A stretch of 64,000 nt of DNA from Eledone cirrhosa (lineage: Eukaryota), in the NCBI GenBank assembly GCA_964016885.1, contig OZ024747.1, positions 88,164,001 through 88,228,000 of the forward strand, in the 5' to 3' direction. Position 1 is the stretch's first letter, and every line of letters starts with the position of its first letter. The notes under the pieces were generated by a model. The model did not search any database. It saw only the letters and a program-made list of their open reading frames with translations, and was not told the origin of the DNA. A program made the position numbers and the translations under genes. This document shows positions 1 through 12,080 of the stretch, piece by piece.

Positions 1-1711
1 GACTTTTGAAGTTTGGCACATTGACAGGCATGTTCTCCCAGTGGAGCAAATAATAAATGTGCAAAACTAGACTGTTAGCCCATGGGGAATGATATTTCTT
101 TGCGTGCTGGAATGTGTAAACATTGAAGGCATCTATATAGGCTTGAATACGACTCATCTGTGAAGTCACCCATATAATTAATATGTTGGCTTTTGTTTAA
201 AAATATTGATCAAGCCAAGTTTGTTCAATATTTGTATATAATATCCATATCACAATTTATGATATTGTGTATGTGCGGTAAATAAATATATACATATACA
301 CCAGGTCTGAACACAAAAGAACCAAACTCCCACTGTCACTGCTTCTGTCTTTCCTGTTCTCCCCATCTCTCACTATTATGAGCAAATGAGGGGCCTATGA
401 CTGGCTACCCCCACAGCCCCAGTGGACAGAATAGAGAAAGTGTTTTCCTGGAGGATTAAAAATATAACAAAATACAAATTTCTTAAGAACTTTTTTTCAT
501 TTAGATGATTTCTAATTTATATTTTTATTGCTATGAACAGAACTCTTTCAAGTGAACTTATTCCAATTCTAGTCTGTTTTATGTTCTTTTCATTAAAAGT
601 TAGATGGATTCAAAACTATATTTGTAAAGAAATAGTATTTGTGAAAATAGTTGATAATAGCCAACTGTTTTGTTTATAAGTTTTGTAAGTCTTTTGATTC
701 CATCCAAGTGAAAACCAGATCTGGTTCTCTGAAATAAATCCACTCATTTTAAAGAGTTCCTATTTAAATTAGAATCTTCCAACATAATTTCATATAAAGG
801 CCATATGTTAATTTTCTATCTTAGAAGTGATATAATTAATAATTTTAGTAAATCCCTCAAAACTGTTCATTAATTAATTGAAGTAAAGTGTATTTCATTA
901 GAAATGCAGTCACAAAATGGTTTGAAAAAGCAAGTGTATAAAAATCTTTAAAAGTGATTTCACTGATGCTATGTATAAACATTCATCACCAAACTGTAAA
1001 CCGAATGCTGTCAATGTATCAAATGGACAAGGATGTAAGGCCATACACATTCGCATGCATACACAAACATACATGAATGAATTTTGAGTGGGGTATTGTT
1101 TATACAGATTTTAAAAGTTAATCTAACAAAGCTATGTATACATAAGTAAATGTTTGATCTATTTCAGTTTCATCTCAGTTATTTTATGTCAAAATATCTC
1201 CTGATATATCTTTAGGTTTCTCATATCACCAGGCCAGACCAGTCTATAATCAAGCTAAAAACTACCATGTGATAGTAAACTGTACAAGTGGACACTATAC
1301 TTATCTTTCATTATTTCATTACTGCCAAAGGCAATATATATATATAACTGTTTACTTACTATATTAACACCGTAGAGAGAAATGGAAAGCTACAATTTCA
1401 CTAGTTGAATTAGCAAACATGTATTGTTTCATCCTTGTTATTATTGGCAATAGTAAATAATGGAGTTGAGATTAAAGAAATTGATTGATTATCTTTTTAT
1501 CTCTTCCTAAAACGATAAGCAATCAATAATCATCACTCATATTATTTTACAATTTATGCAAACTATATGTAAAACAGCGATGATGCTGCTGCTGATGATG
1601 ATGCTTTCATATTATTGATTCTATTACTAAAGCAACATTTACCTTTCAAAATCGGTCTCAGTATGCTATAAATCATTAAACCCATATAGTTTAAGCTGGA
1701 AAATAATTTAA

Positions 1712-1932
1712 CCCTTTAGCATTTAAACCAACCTTCTCCAGCCAGAATCCTCTCACCTCTTTCTGTTCAAACCAGCTGTAACTGGCCACTCATAGTGATG
1801 ATAAGGTATTGTTCTCAAAATAAATAATATCAACATCTCATAGATTCAATATTATGTGAGATAATTTTGTGAGGTAATGCCTTTACCATGACAATATAAT
1901 AGTATATATAGAGTAAAGTAAATGGTAAAGGG
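1712..1932. mobile_element. piggyBac-like MITE family A, full copy
   Basis: TTAA|CCCTTT...AAAGGG|TTAA termini; internal sequence shared with six other copies in the window. Confidence 0.75.
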
Positions 1933-4441
1933 TTAAGAAACAAATAAAAGATAAATAATAACAAAAATTACAAAAAGAGGGTAAAATTAATTAAAATCTG
2001 TAGGGTAGTATTCTCAAGGTACTGCTCTATATTCTTCAATAAAGCATGGCTATATAATTAAGTTTGTTTCATAATCCAGTGTTTCTGGGTTCAATCTTAC
2101 CTACTTCATGTCACTATCTTGGGCAAGTATATTCTACCATCACTTGGAGTCAACCAAAGTCTTGTAAGAACAGCAGCTGATCAGGTGTGTGTGTGTTAGT
2201 CTGTGTGAAAACTATTAATTTCTTCCTTGGAGTATTGCTGATTTTTATGTGCTGTCTATTTATTGGTTACATGTTATCGAGGAAAGACAAAGTCAACCCT
2301 GACTGGATTTGAACTCAGACTGTTAAGGAATTGAAATATTCTAAGCTTCATACTTGACAATTTCTTTCACCCCAAACCCCCATTTTTTAATTTTTTTTAT
2401 TTTACAATAAAATCAATACTTTATTAAGTAATATGAATAGCAACACTTCAAATTGCAAATTATTATTAGAAAGCTTTCTATAAAACTGAATCATAGACTG
2501 CTTCATCAAGTCTCTTCCTATGAATTATGCTCAGAATAGGTGACAATAATAGAGACAATATTACCAGCCATATTGTATTGTTGAATTGATAATGTCTTTC
2601 CGATTCTCTGCTATGTCAACCATGGTGTTCCTAAGAATCCATTTCCCCCTGATGTTTATCTACATCACTGACTGCTCTCAATTACTTTTAACCACACATA
2701 CTCCCACACAGATATCAATTTTTTCACATTTTCCTATATTCTTTACTTTTCTTTCCTTTGTTATTAAGAGCTGTTTTCTCTGTTATCTATATATTCTATC
2801 AATGTAAACCTTTACTATATTCTTTAATAGTAATCTGATAAACAATGAAACACAAACATGATTTGTTTCCAGGAAGAAGAACCTTAACAAAACTTCAATT
2901 CACCTGAACAAAGCTCTACCTATATAATCATTCATTTGGTATTTAACATAACAAGCAACTTATGAGAGCTTCTATGTTGTTGCTTGAATTGTCTTAGCAC
3001 CTTCACAACCATATTTCTAATGAAAGACATTACTTATTATATGAAAAAAAAAAAAAAAAAATTTAATAATCAAGAATTTAGAAGAACTTAATAATATAAC
3101 TAATTTTTGTTGTTGTTACGTTTGGAGTATAACTTAACAAACGTTCAAACATAACATTATAATGAAAGGTTTTTTTTAGATAAATATAAACACTAAAATA
3201 AACAGCTTAGTTTCATAGTAACAGGCACTGTTGCAGGTGGGTTGATATCATAAAAAAGGAAGTGCATATTGGATAATATATTCTCAGTTAAACACTCCCT
3301 GAAAACAAAAATGCCATGGCTTGAACACTGTTGATCATAGGTTTGCTTGATCAGGACTGACACATGGCTAAACACTGACAACAATTTTTTTATATTCTCA
3401 ACATTGCCTAAACTTCTGTAAAATGACTTAGGATTTTTTTTTCATTTTTTTTTTTTTAGAAAGAAGTATTTCAACCCCAGCAGTTGATAACTATTTTCAG
3501 ATCCCAAACTATTTCACTATGATACACTTTTCTCACACTGGGGAAAGTGCACTTCCTCCAAGCATTGGCATTCTGATCAATAAACCAAATCAATAAACTG
3601 TTCTATATTAAAACACTTCATTCCTTCTTTCATTATATTCTTCATTATATTCTACTGTTGCTATAATGGACTTTGACTTTCAAAACATTCTAGCTTCTAT
3701 ACAGGCCAAAAATAAACAATCTGTTCTACCCATATGTATTCTATTCTTTTCATTCATATCATGTTTTTCTCTTTAAAACTTGGAGCAGATATTTTATCAT
3801 TTCTAAAATTCGAGGACCACTCCCATGACTCTCCTCTTCTCTTCAGTGTTTCCACAGTATACAGACATCTGACTCTTTAATCAGAACATTAACTGTTCAA
3901 TTCTTATTAATATACAGGCACAAACATTGTTGTGTCACTAAGAAGTTCACTTCACTACAACATGATTTAGGATTTACTTCCACTACTATAGCTTCAAGTT
4001 GAAATGCCTTGTCAGTGGGATTTGGTAAACAGACTCTACAGAATATTGTTATTTATATCATCATCATGTAATGTCCACATTTCTGTGCTGGCTTGAGGTA
4101 ATGAAAAAACGTTTCATTCCTCCAAATTTAGGTACTTAATGTTAAAAAAAAATCAACCTTAATGTTTCAATGTTACTTCTTCCTTTTCAGAGTTTTAGAT
4201 AGAAATGGAAGGGAATTTACCTAAATATTTCTAGGAAAAAACACAAACTTTCAATGAGATCTTAATTTATAATGAGAAAAGAATGATATGTTGTGTATTA
4301 TATTAATGATGTGGCTTTGTTTGAATTTTTTCTTCAGATTTAAGGAGTAGGATTTTTTTTAGAATTCAGTTTTGATTTATTACTAATGAAATAATGTATA
4401 ATTTAATGAATTTTTAAAAATGATTTATTTATATTCATCAG

Positions 4442-4678
4442 GATGACAGTGATGAAAGTAACTCCTTATCTGGATCCCACATTGATGTTAATACAGTCTC
4501 AGGAAACCTTATCCAACATCCCAAGCCAAGTCCCAAAAACCTTAAAAAGATCAAAGCTATACAAGAATGGGAAATAATTAATGGATTAAAAGAAGGAGAG
4601 AAATGTGAAGAAAAACCAGAAAAATATCAGGGATATTTACTTAAAAAACGAAAATGGCCCCTAAAAGGTTGGCATAAG
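4442..4678 (+). CDS. OSBPL6: OSBPL3/6/7-family gene, coding exon (start of PH domain); first coding exon I can identify in the window
   Basis: ttcatcag| acceptor and |gtaggt donor; 79 open codons ending ...EWEIINGLKEGEKCEEKPEKYQGYLLKKRKWPLKGWHK. KKRKWPLKGWHK is the ORP3/6/7 PH-domain signature. Confidence 0.93.
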
Positions 4679-6074
4679 GTAGGTTAATATTTTATTTTGT
4701 ACTTTGTTTAGTTTTATTTTGACATTGTACTGTTTGATTTCTGTTTGTAATTTGTTCATCATCATCATGGTTTTTACATTCAAGTTCAATACTACTACAT
4801 GACACTTTGGGCAAGTATCTTCTATTATAGCTTCGGGTTGACCAATACATTATGAACGAAATTTGTTTGATGGAAGCCCATTATAATGAGAGAATAGTCT
4901 CTGCAGGGTAATATAGAAACCACAAAATACAAAGGCTACAGTCTGATGACGTCCATAGCCTTCATAGCAGTAATTGGAGTAAGCTGGTTGTTATTTTACT
5001 GAGAGGATTGGGGTATGGTTTTGAAGGTTGTGTTTGAATTTAATTTATAGCTGGTGTGGTATGATATGATGGATAAGGTTCATTGTTGGATTATGATCTG
5101 TGTTTGCTTGAGTTCATGGATAGCATGGATTTGGTTAAGATTTGTGATGATAGCAGCAAATGGTGTGTCAGGATTTTGGAGGTGAGTGTTATGATGTGAA
5201 AGATTACTACTATGGAGTAATAATGGAGGGGGCTTGAATGGCATGGAGTGTACACTGATAGCTAGGATAGCTGATAAGGAGTGCTAATGGAGGGGGAGCC
5301 TTTTGGACAGGTCGGGTTACATTTTATGCTCATAGGTAGGTCATCTCTACTAGTCAGCATATTGCCAGTTCTTGTTCTCCTTTCTCTTCTCCGTTGTGAG
5401 GTTCAGTTATATATATGTGATCAACTAAAGGCCTTCAAAGCAGTGTCTTCATGACCACAATATAATGATTGGAGCCAGTATAAGATTATTCATAAGAAAG
5501 CCCCAAAAGCTGTAAAACATTACCAAAGAATAGATGAAACTCTCAAGTGTTGTTACATGTGATATAATGAGGGGAACAGTATCTATTGCTGTTGGTAGTA
5601 GGAAAAAGAGAATTTACTGCTTTTTCTAGCACACAGGTACTGTCTGTTCATCAGTCCTGCTATTTATATATAGAGAGCAAAATACTACTCCACCTGTCAC
5701 TCAGTCAACCTCCCCCACTCTCTCTAACTAACTAAAACTTTTCTAGGTGTTTTTGTTTGTTGTCAACCAATCTGACATCTATTTCCGAAACAAAGGCAGA
5801 TTAGAGGGGTCTCTTGGAGTTACAGATAACGACATCTCAGCCATTTAAATTTATAGAAAAGCATCTGCTGGGGATCGCAAAGAAGTTTTTATTTCCTGGG
5901 GTTTTTCATGTTTTCAACTAATCTGACTTCCGACATCCTCACAATCACCTTCTTTTCTGATAACGGAATTGGAGGGGGACCCTTGGCGTTACAGATAAGC
6001 ACCTCTCAAAAATTTATAGAAAAGCAATCCGTTGATATTGAAGGATGTTTTGATCCTTCATCATTTTCACCTTT

Positions 6075-6495
6075 TGTAAACTTAATTAATCAAGTGTTCC
6101 CTAATTTCAAAATCCATCATTCCACCAATGAGTGATTGTGTGAAAGAGCAATCCTTGCCCCCCAAAACATCACAATAAATGCCATCAACAAAAATCTCTC
6201 AAATGATCCCTGGATGGAACCAGATCTATAAATATACCGACAAAGTTGTTGATGAAGCTGTTCATTATCCTGGTGAATTTGTCAACAGTCTGGAACCATC
6301 CAGTATGCTGCCACACAACTTTGATTTGAAGAAGGGCACAGTCATTATGCTTCTCAGAAATGTAGATCAGCCATGATTGTGCAATGGAACGCATATGTTG
6401 GTGTCTGAGCCTCACATTATCAAAACCAAAATCTTCACTGGATGTGGTAATGGAGACATCTTATTTATACCTAGAATACTGCTAATATCAACAAA
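6075..6495 (+). pseudogene. Helitron PIF1-like helicase C-terminal fragment, decayed
   Basis: CERAILAPKN...YPGEFVNSLEPSSMLPHNFDLKKGTVIMLLRNVDQP*LCNGT...IFTGCGNGDILFIPRILL matches the Helitron helicase motif YPxEFLNSL..SGMPPHxLxLKxG..IMLLRN....LCNGT; stops and frameshifts present. Confidence 0.88.
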
Positions 6496-6496
6496 T

Positions 6497-6745
6497 GTTG
6501 TACATAGAAGGAGGGTGAGATTTGCTGGCCATTATCATCAGGCCTCAAATGAAGCTGTCTTCTTTGGTGCTTTGGAAATCTGCATCTGTCTCGAGAATGT
6601 GGTCGCAGCAAGCTTTCATATCCAGATGTCATAACTAAGGATGTTGGTGTTCGCATTCAGGACCTAGCTACTTCCATGAACAACATACCCACATGGAGAT
6701 CTATCATTGAGTCTATTTCAGTCAAGGCTGCAAGATGATGATGAA
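6497..6745 (+). mobile_element. 3' end of an RTE-like non-LTR retrotransposon
   Basis: RRRVRFAGHY...SYPDVITKDVG...W.SI; ends in a GATGATGATGA tail. Confidence 0.6.
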
Positions 6746-7542
6746 GACTGGCAATTTTGTTTCATAAAATCAGGGGCAGTTCCAGGTGGGTTGGTATCAA
6801 AAGAATTAAATATTTCTTTAGCCATTTTACCAAACATTAGTAGATGCATAAATAGTTTTTAAATATGTTAAAAAAAACAGAACAGCTAAATATAACCATT
6901 AAATGCCCCCAAAAGACTACTAGATGAAAATTAAAAGACCATTGTAGTATGAAATTTTACAGTAAATTATTTCATTTTTAAAAAAAATTCTGTTGCATTG
7001 TAATTAAAGGAAGTTAATTTAAGCAGTAGTAGTGAAATTAATTTTAATGAAATGTCTTTTTTTTTTCTTTTAAGATTCAATATAATTCATCATATCTTTT
7101 TAAATATCTTTCTCTTTTAATCTTAGCCTACTAATTTCGATTAGCTATTTTAGTGCCATAATTATAACACTTATTATTATCAAAATAATATAGTTTTTTT
7201 TTATTCGTTCAAACTATTTTATCAAATAATCTTTAATTAAAGGTATTTTATAAAATAACCATTAATTAAATACTTCAACTATCTTTGCTATTTTTTATTG
7301 AGATGTTTATACTAGCTGTTGCGTTATTTGATATAAAGATGTACTTTAAGAAATGGTTAGCAGTTGAACAAAGGCAATATAGGTTAGGGAAGACTCTTTA
7401 ATACTGTCAAGGATGTGACTTCTCTAGTGATAGTACCATGATAAAATGCACCCAGTAAACTCTCTTTAGTGGTTGATGTTAGGAAGGTTTACCAGTCATA
7501 AAAACCATGCCAAAATTCAGAATGTGTAAGCGAAATGTTGTC

Positions 7543-8817
7543 CTAAACGTGGAAGCATGGCCTAGAATCAAAAGGTCTTAAAATTAACTTGTCTAAGACT
7601 AAAGTTCTACTTTGTAGGAAGGAAAATAGGGCACCAGTCCCATCTGGGAAATGGCCATACTCAGTGTGTAGGAAAGGAGTAGGCAGAAACTCCATTTTAT
7701 GTCCCAAATGCAAAGTATGGGTACATAAAAGATGTAGAGGGATCACAGGTAAACTATCTAAGAACGTAGATTTTATATGTGGCCGGTGCTCAGGTGCAAT
7801 AAGTAGCAAGTGTCCAAAGGATACTAGCTCCTTCCATTGCCCAGATGGTTCTATAGAAATAGTAGACACTTTCCGTTACCTGGGTGACAAAATCAGCAGT
7901 GGTGGAGGGTGTTCTGAAAGTACAGTAGCCAGTCAGAACAGGATGGAAAAAGTTCAGAGAGCTTATACCGCTGTTGGCCACAAAAGGTTTCTCTCTAAAA
8001 ATGAAAGGCAGATTGTATGATGCCTGTATACGAACAGCAATGCTACATGGCAGGGAGATATGGGCATTACGTGCAGAGGACCTGCGTAGACTGGAAAGGA
8101 ACGAAGCATTCATGCTCCGTTGGATGTGTAATAGTAATATACGTGAACGGCAAAGCATAAATGAACTAAGTGAGAAATTAGTAATAAGAAGGATCAGATG
8201 CTGTTTACTTGAGAGGAGACTACGTTGGTATGGTTACGTGATGCGCATGAAAGACGACAGCTGCATAAAAAAGTGCAGGGCGATCAAAATTGATGGTAGT
8301 TACGAAGTAGGTAGACCCAGAAAAACCTGGGATGATCTGATAAATTCCGACCTCACACACTTACATATCTCTCAGACAATGTCTCTGGACTGAGACTTTT
8401 TGGCGCTACGCAGTAATACAGAAGACCCGCCTTGCCTATGTACAAAGCGAAACCTACAGTCAGTAGGCACCTCTTAACCAAATATACACCCCAATCCATT
8501 ACCCCTACCCTATCCTCCCACTCCCACCAACAGCACAAGAAAATGAGATCGAGTTCGTGTAGGTGTCACGACAAAAAACACACACAGTCCACGCTGTAAT
8601 GTGGCCGTGCAGGTAACATGGTAAAAAGTTTCCAGTTCCACACTGTAAATGTGGTTGGTGTTAGGAAGGGCATCCAGCCGTAGAAAACCTGCCAGATAGT
8701 CCTATATGAGCGAGATACGGTCACCCGACCAGCCTTGCCTCAAGTCGGACAACTCCCGTCTAACCCATGCTAGCATGGAAAACGGACGTTAAGCGAAGAT
8801 GATGATGATGATGATGA
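7543..8817 (+). mobile_element. 5'-truncated RTE-clade LINE: RT C-terminus with PHD finger, 3'UTR, (GAT)n tail
   Basis: GLKINLSKTK...FRYLGD...ERRLRWYGYVMR...GRPRKTWDD; one frameshift near 7930; tail CATGCTAGCATGGAAAACGGACGTTAA(GAT)n. Confidence 0.9.
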
Positions 8818-9360
8818 TTTCTTCAATTTACAGTGTCGTTTGCTTTGTTATTTCTTTTACCTTATATATGTGTGTGTGTTTGTGCGTGTGTGCTTTTCCA
8901 TTCAGCTCTTTTCACTTTCTCCTCAATTAAGTAAACCATTTTATTTACTTAGCTATATCTCACAAGAACTATGTATTTGAGCCAATCATATCATTAGAAA
9001 ATAAATCTCAGGTTTAATTTTCAATCTACTATTAACAAGAATCAATTGATGACAAACTGACAATCCTTCAATCTTCTCCTCTCACACTTTAGAAGCCATC
9101 ACACATATAGGACTCAAACAATGTTCTCATGTTCGTATCTATTGAAATCAATAGTTCTTATCTTAGCTAACAAGCCTTAAGCAACTTTCTATTACTTTCT
9201 ATTTAGCTAAAAGAATTTAAGTTGTATCATAGTACATTTATGTCTGTTTCAAGTAACTGTAAAGTCTGTGAAGTAATTATATTTCATTCTGTTCATTTTG
9301 TCACAAAATTGCTGTCAGTATAATTTTGTGACTTATCCTCAAGATAAGCTACACAAATAT

Positions 9361-10080
9361 CATCACTATCACCATCATCATCATTTTACGTCCGCTTTTC
9401 CCTGCTTGCAAGGGTTGGATGGGTCCTATTCAGCACATCATCACTCCACTTGTCACGGTCCTTTGTCATCTCCTCCATGAGTTTCAGGGATCAGAGGTCT
9501 GCTCTCACCACCTCTGCCCATGTTTTTCGTGGTCTTCCTCTACTGTATCTTCCTTCTACTGGGATTTCTTGGCACTTCTTTATCCAGCAGTCATCTTCCA
9601 TGCACATCACAACTTATCCCTATTATACAGTTTCTCTCTCAACTCATCTATGCTTGGTCATTCACGCACATTGACATTGCACATCCAATGGAGCATGCTT
9701 GCTTCATTTTTCTCCTGCCATCGCATATCCTCTACAGTTGCTGCTGATGTCTCACTACCATGCAGCATCGTGCAACTCACACATGCAGGGAGAAACTCTT
9801 CTTTGTCAACAGAGGAAGCAGATCCCTAAACTTCTTCCAACCCGTCCTTATTTTAGATACTATGGCCTCGGAACACCCCCCCCCCCCTACCATGCTAATC
9901 TGATCACCTAGATACCGGAAGCTATCAACCACTTCTACCCATCTGCATTTGAAAAATGTGTCTATCACTGCGATTACTACTGCCAACTTTCCCTGTACAT
10001 CTACTGCATACGTAGTTTTCCCTACCTGTTAGTTTGTTTGCTATCCCATTACATCTCTTGTGTACCCAAGATCTGCATGT
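9361..10080 (-). mobile_element. Older RTE LINE fragment, related subfamily that also has the PHD finger
   Basis: (CAT)n tail at 9361; VVDSFRYLGD...RTGWKKFRDLLPLL; CRSWVHKRCNGI...YVCSRC on the minus strand. Confidence 0.8.
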
Positions 10081-11059
10081 TAACATGAGTTAGATAGGTC
10101 ATCATGGTCCATGACAAGACAGGCTGGATAATAACGTTTTGCTCTTACTTTTCATATTTTAGTATGCTTTTGACGGCTGGATGCCCTTCTTAATGCCAAC
10201 CACATAACAGTGTGTACTGCATGCATTTTATCGTGGTACCAGTACTAGAGAAATTGTCATGAGTTTGACATGACTGAAAAGTTCTCTATACTGCCTCTGT
10301 TCACTTGCCTAATACCACAGGGGGTTCTGAGTGCATTTTATCATGGTGCCAACACTAGAGAATTTATAATGTCCACAACAAGACCACAGGGTCTTCTCTA
10401 CCCTATGTTGTCAGCCACAACCAAATACTTTGTCAATTTTTAAATAAGAATCCAGGATAGAATATTATCCTTTAACTTTCCAAATACTTATGCCTTTTAT
10501 TTCTAATTGTTCCAAACAATTTAAATCAAAGATTAATGAATTCAATTTTATTTAATTAATTCCAATCTAAATCTCCCCAACTTATGACTTATTTAATGCT
10601 CTGTTTTTCCAGCATTTCACCACTTGTTGCATTTTTTGATCATGTACTCTGTAAGATTAAGCATCCTAAAATCAGCTATCATTACTTTTCTTTGATCCTC
10701 CTTTTGCACTGCTTCCTTCCATTTGAAACTCTTGGCACTCCTTTATTCAACTATTATCATACTATGTTCATATCAGTGCATTCTTCATTCTTGCACACAT
10801 CTGATTCCTCTTATACCCAGTTTTATTTTTTCAATTCATGTTTCATTGTCCAAGAATGCTATGTCAGAGTAATAAAAATTATTTACTCAACCAAAAATGT
10901 TGTAGAGCTTGATTTTATAAATTAGTCTATAAACATAAAAAGAAAATAAATGAGATTATTGAAAGGACTAAATTTTCATTTTATAAAAATCATCAGTAAT
11001 TTCTTTACAATTTTCTTTTAAATATAAGCATACATTTTCATAGAACATTAATATTTTAA

Positions 11060-11280
11060 CCCTTTAGTCTTTAAAATGGCCGTGTTCGGCCAGAACTCTC
11101 TCACCGCTTTCTGTTCAAACTGGCTGTAACTGGCTGCTCATACTGACGTTAAGGTATTGTTCTCAAAATAAATAATATCAAACTATCAGAGATTTGATAT
11201 TATGTGAGATAATTATGTAAGCTAAAGCTTTTTCCGTGAAAATATAATAGTAAATATAGAGTAATGGAAATACTAAAGAA
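11060..11280. mobile_element. piggyBac-like MITE family A copy, right end decayed
   Basis: TTAACCCTTTAG start; internal match to 1712-1932. Confidence 0.7.
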
Positions 11281-11689
11281 TGAAAGAAATTTTAACTTTT
11301 GACCAACCGATCAATAAAATAAAAAATTTTATTCCATGATATTTTAAAATTTCTAATCAATAAAGAGGGTAGAAATATTTTTAGTTAAATTATCATGTGA
11401 ATTGTAAACAATAATAATGAAAGTTTTGCACTCGACTTTGTTTAATTATTTGGAATAAATGTTTTGAAAGAATTGCTGGCAAGATTAAGAAACATATAGA
11501 AAAAGAAAAGGTATTATTTACAATGCAACAATAATATACCAAAATTTAATCTGTTTTATTCTAACCCTTTCATTACTATATTTCTAATAAAATACACTGT
11601 CCTTGATTTTCATATTACTTTGAAAATAATCGAGAATTTGAGGGATTTAGTAATATAACTAACTTATTATTATGATGGTGTTTGGAACA

Positions 11690-12080
11690 TGGACAGTAAG
11701 GGTGGAGGATGTGTGAAGGCTGAAGAAAAACAAATTGAACATGCTCCATTGGATGTATAATGTTAATGAGATAAAAATAAAAAACTGACCTTAAGAGGAA
11801 TGTAACGTGTAGGAGAGAAGATTGTGTTGGAATGGACATACAATGCATATGGATGATAATTATTTGGTGAAGAAGTTGTAGGAGTTTCAAGTGGAAGGTA
11901 AATGTAGAAGAGGAAGACTAGGACAGTCGTTAGTAGAAGTGTTGAAAGCTGATGTCAAGAAACTACACCTCACAAAGGAGATAAAAAAAGAAAGAAACAA
12001 CTGGAGGAAGACTATACAGAAAAGACTCATCTAAACCATGCTAGCATGTAAAAACGGATGTAAAAACAATGATGATGATT
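11690..12080 (+). mobile_element. Decayed RTE LINE 3' end
   Basis: Degenerate MLxWM, CWNGH and GRxRRGR motifs; CATGCTAGCATG..CGGATGTAAA and (GAT)n tail. Confidence 0.65.

Noticed and set aside
5605-5660. Minus-strand CTGATGA...GAAA hammerhead candidate
   Set aside because: Stems I and III cannot be formed with correct spacing.
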